A stretch of DNA of 63,412 nucleotides, counting the filler, from Diploschistes diacapsis (taxonomy: Eukaryota), in NCBI GenBank assembly GCA_023645945.1. It is 24 parts of 24 records of this genome, joined end to end, with 100 filler letters (N's around TTAATTAATTAA, not from the genome) between each part and the next. Parts side by side here need not be neighbours in the genome. Positions count along the whole stretch, not along the records: positions 62,335 to 63,412 come from JALAIB010004049.1; 23 more parts are not named here. One strand, 5' to 3'. Every line of letters starts with the position of its first letter. Within the stretch, counting starts at the first letter, position 1. Below are positions 62,747 through 63,412 of the stretch, piece after piece. The translations under genes were made by a program, and so were the position numbers. The notes under the pieces were generated by a model. It was not told where the DNA came from. It searched no databases and worked only from the letters and a program-made list of their open reading frames with translations.

Positions 62747-63412
62747 TAGGCTGGCCGTTACGTGTCACGGTCACTGACACGGACACTACCGCGAAAATTT
62801 TCTCGGCACGGTTACTGACACGGACACTGTACTGCAGTAAAAGCACTGACACGGACATTACAATAAAATTTTCTCGGCACGGACACTGACATAGATATCG
62901 CAGCAAAAATTTTCTCGACACGGACATTAATACGGATACTACATTAGAATAAAATCACGGACACGGACATTATAATTAAAAAATTTAAACACGGATACTG
63001 ACACGGACATTACATTATAATAAATCCATTAACACGAACATTACGACTAAAATTTTTAAAACACGGATACAAACACGGACATTATATTATAATAAAAGCA
63101 CGAACACGGACATTATAATTAAAAAATTTAAAACACGGATACTGACTAGGCTGGCCGTTTCGTGCCACGGATACTTCCACGGACACTACCGAGAAAATTT
63201 TTAAAACACGACACTGCCACGGACATTACCGTTAAAATTTTAAAACACGGATACTTCTACGGACATTATACTATAGTAAAAGCACGGACACGGATATTAC
63301 GATTAAAAAATTTAAAACAGGGATACTTCTACGGATATTATCGTTATAATTTTTAAAATACGATACTGTTACGGATATTATATTATAATAAATCCATCGA
63401 AATATTACCGTG
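62747..63412. mobile_element. Family T elements, the second (from 63147) nested in the first
   Basis: TAGGCTGGCCGT at 62747 and 63147, each followed by ACACGGACAC arrays. Confidence 0.8.

Noticed and set aside
62747..63412. CRISPR-like repeat/spacer appearance of the ACACGGACAC arrays
   Set aside because: The cores are short and degenerate, the spacers are related to each other, the arrays are bounded by TIRs, the context is eukaryotic and there are no cas genes.

Overview
This window is not one locus. It is 24 contigs of a filamentous ascomycete (Pezizomycotina) draft assembly joined by 23 identical 100-bp linkers (44 N + TTAATTAATTAA + 44 N). Two large gene-dense contigs carry ordinary intron-containing fungal genes. 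Contig 2370-21036 has a SAM methyltransferase, a hypothetical protein, a Zn2Cys6 transcription factor, RSE1/SF3B3 and MSS51, plus two pseudogenes (a methyltransferase and an AA9 LPMO with three premature stops and a broken splice acceptor). Contig 32968-51618 has OPA3, an Aro8-like aminotransferase, a GH3 beta-glucosidase, an S1/P1 nuclease, a bZIP factor, MSH1 and an APH/ACAD10-like phosphotransferase. One 1.08-kb GC-rich contig holds the 3' end of ASA1. The other 21 contigs of about 1.08 kb are AT-rich, RIP-degraded transposon debris: Ty3/gypsy, Ty1/copia, a Tad1-like LINE, Fot1/pogo elements and solo LTRs. I found no convincing new multi-gene system. The best leads are the decayed AA9 LPMO, a RIP-like mutation pattern that appears to spare CpG, a 790-bp foldback element, and an unclassified non-coding element family with TAGGCTGGCCGT termini and ACACGGACAC arrays. 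All family assignments come from motif recognition by eye, and exon boundaries are manual.
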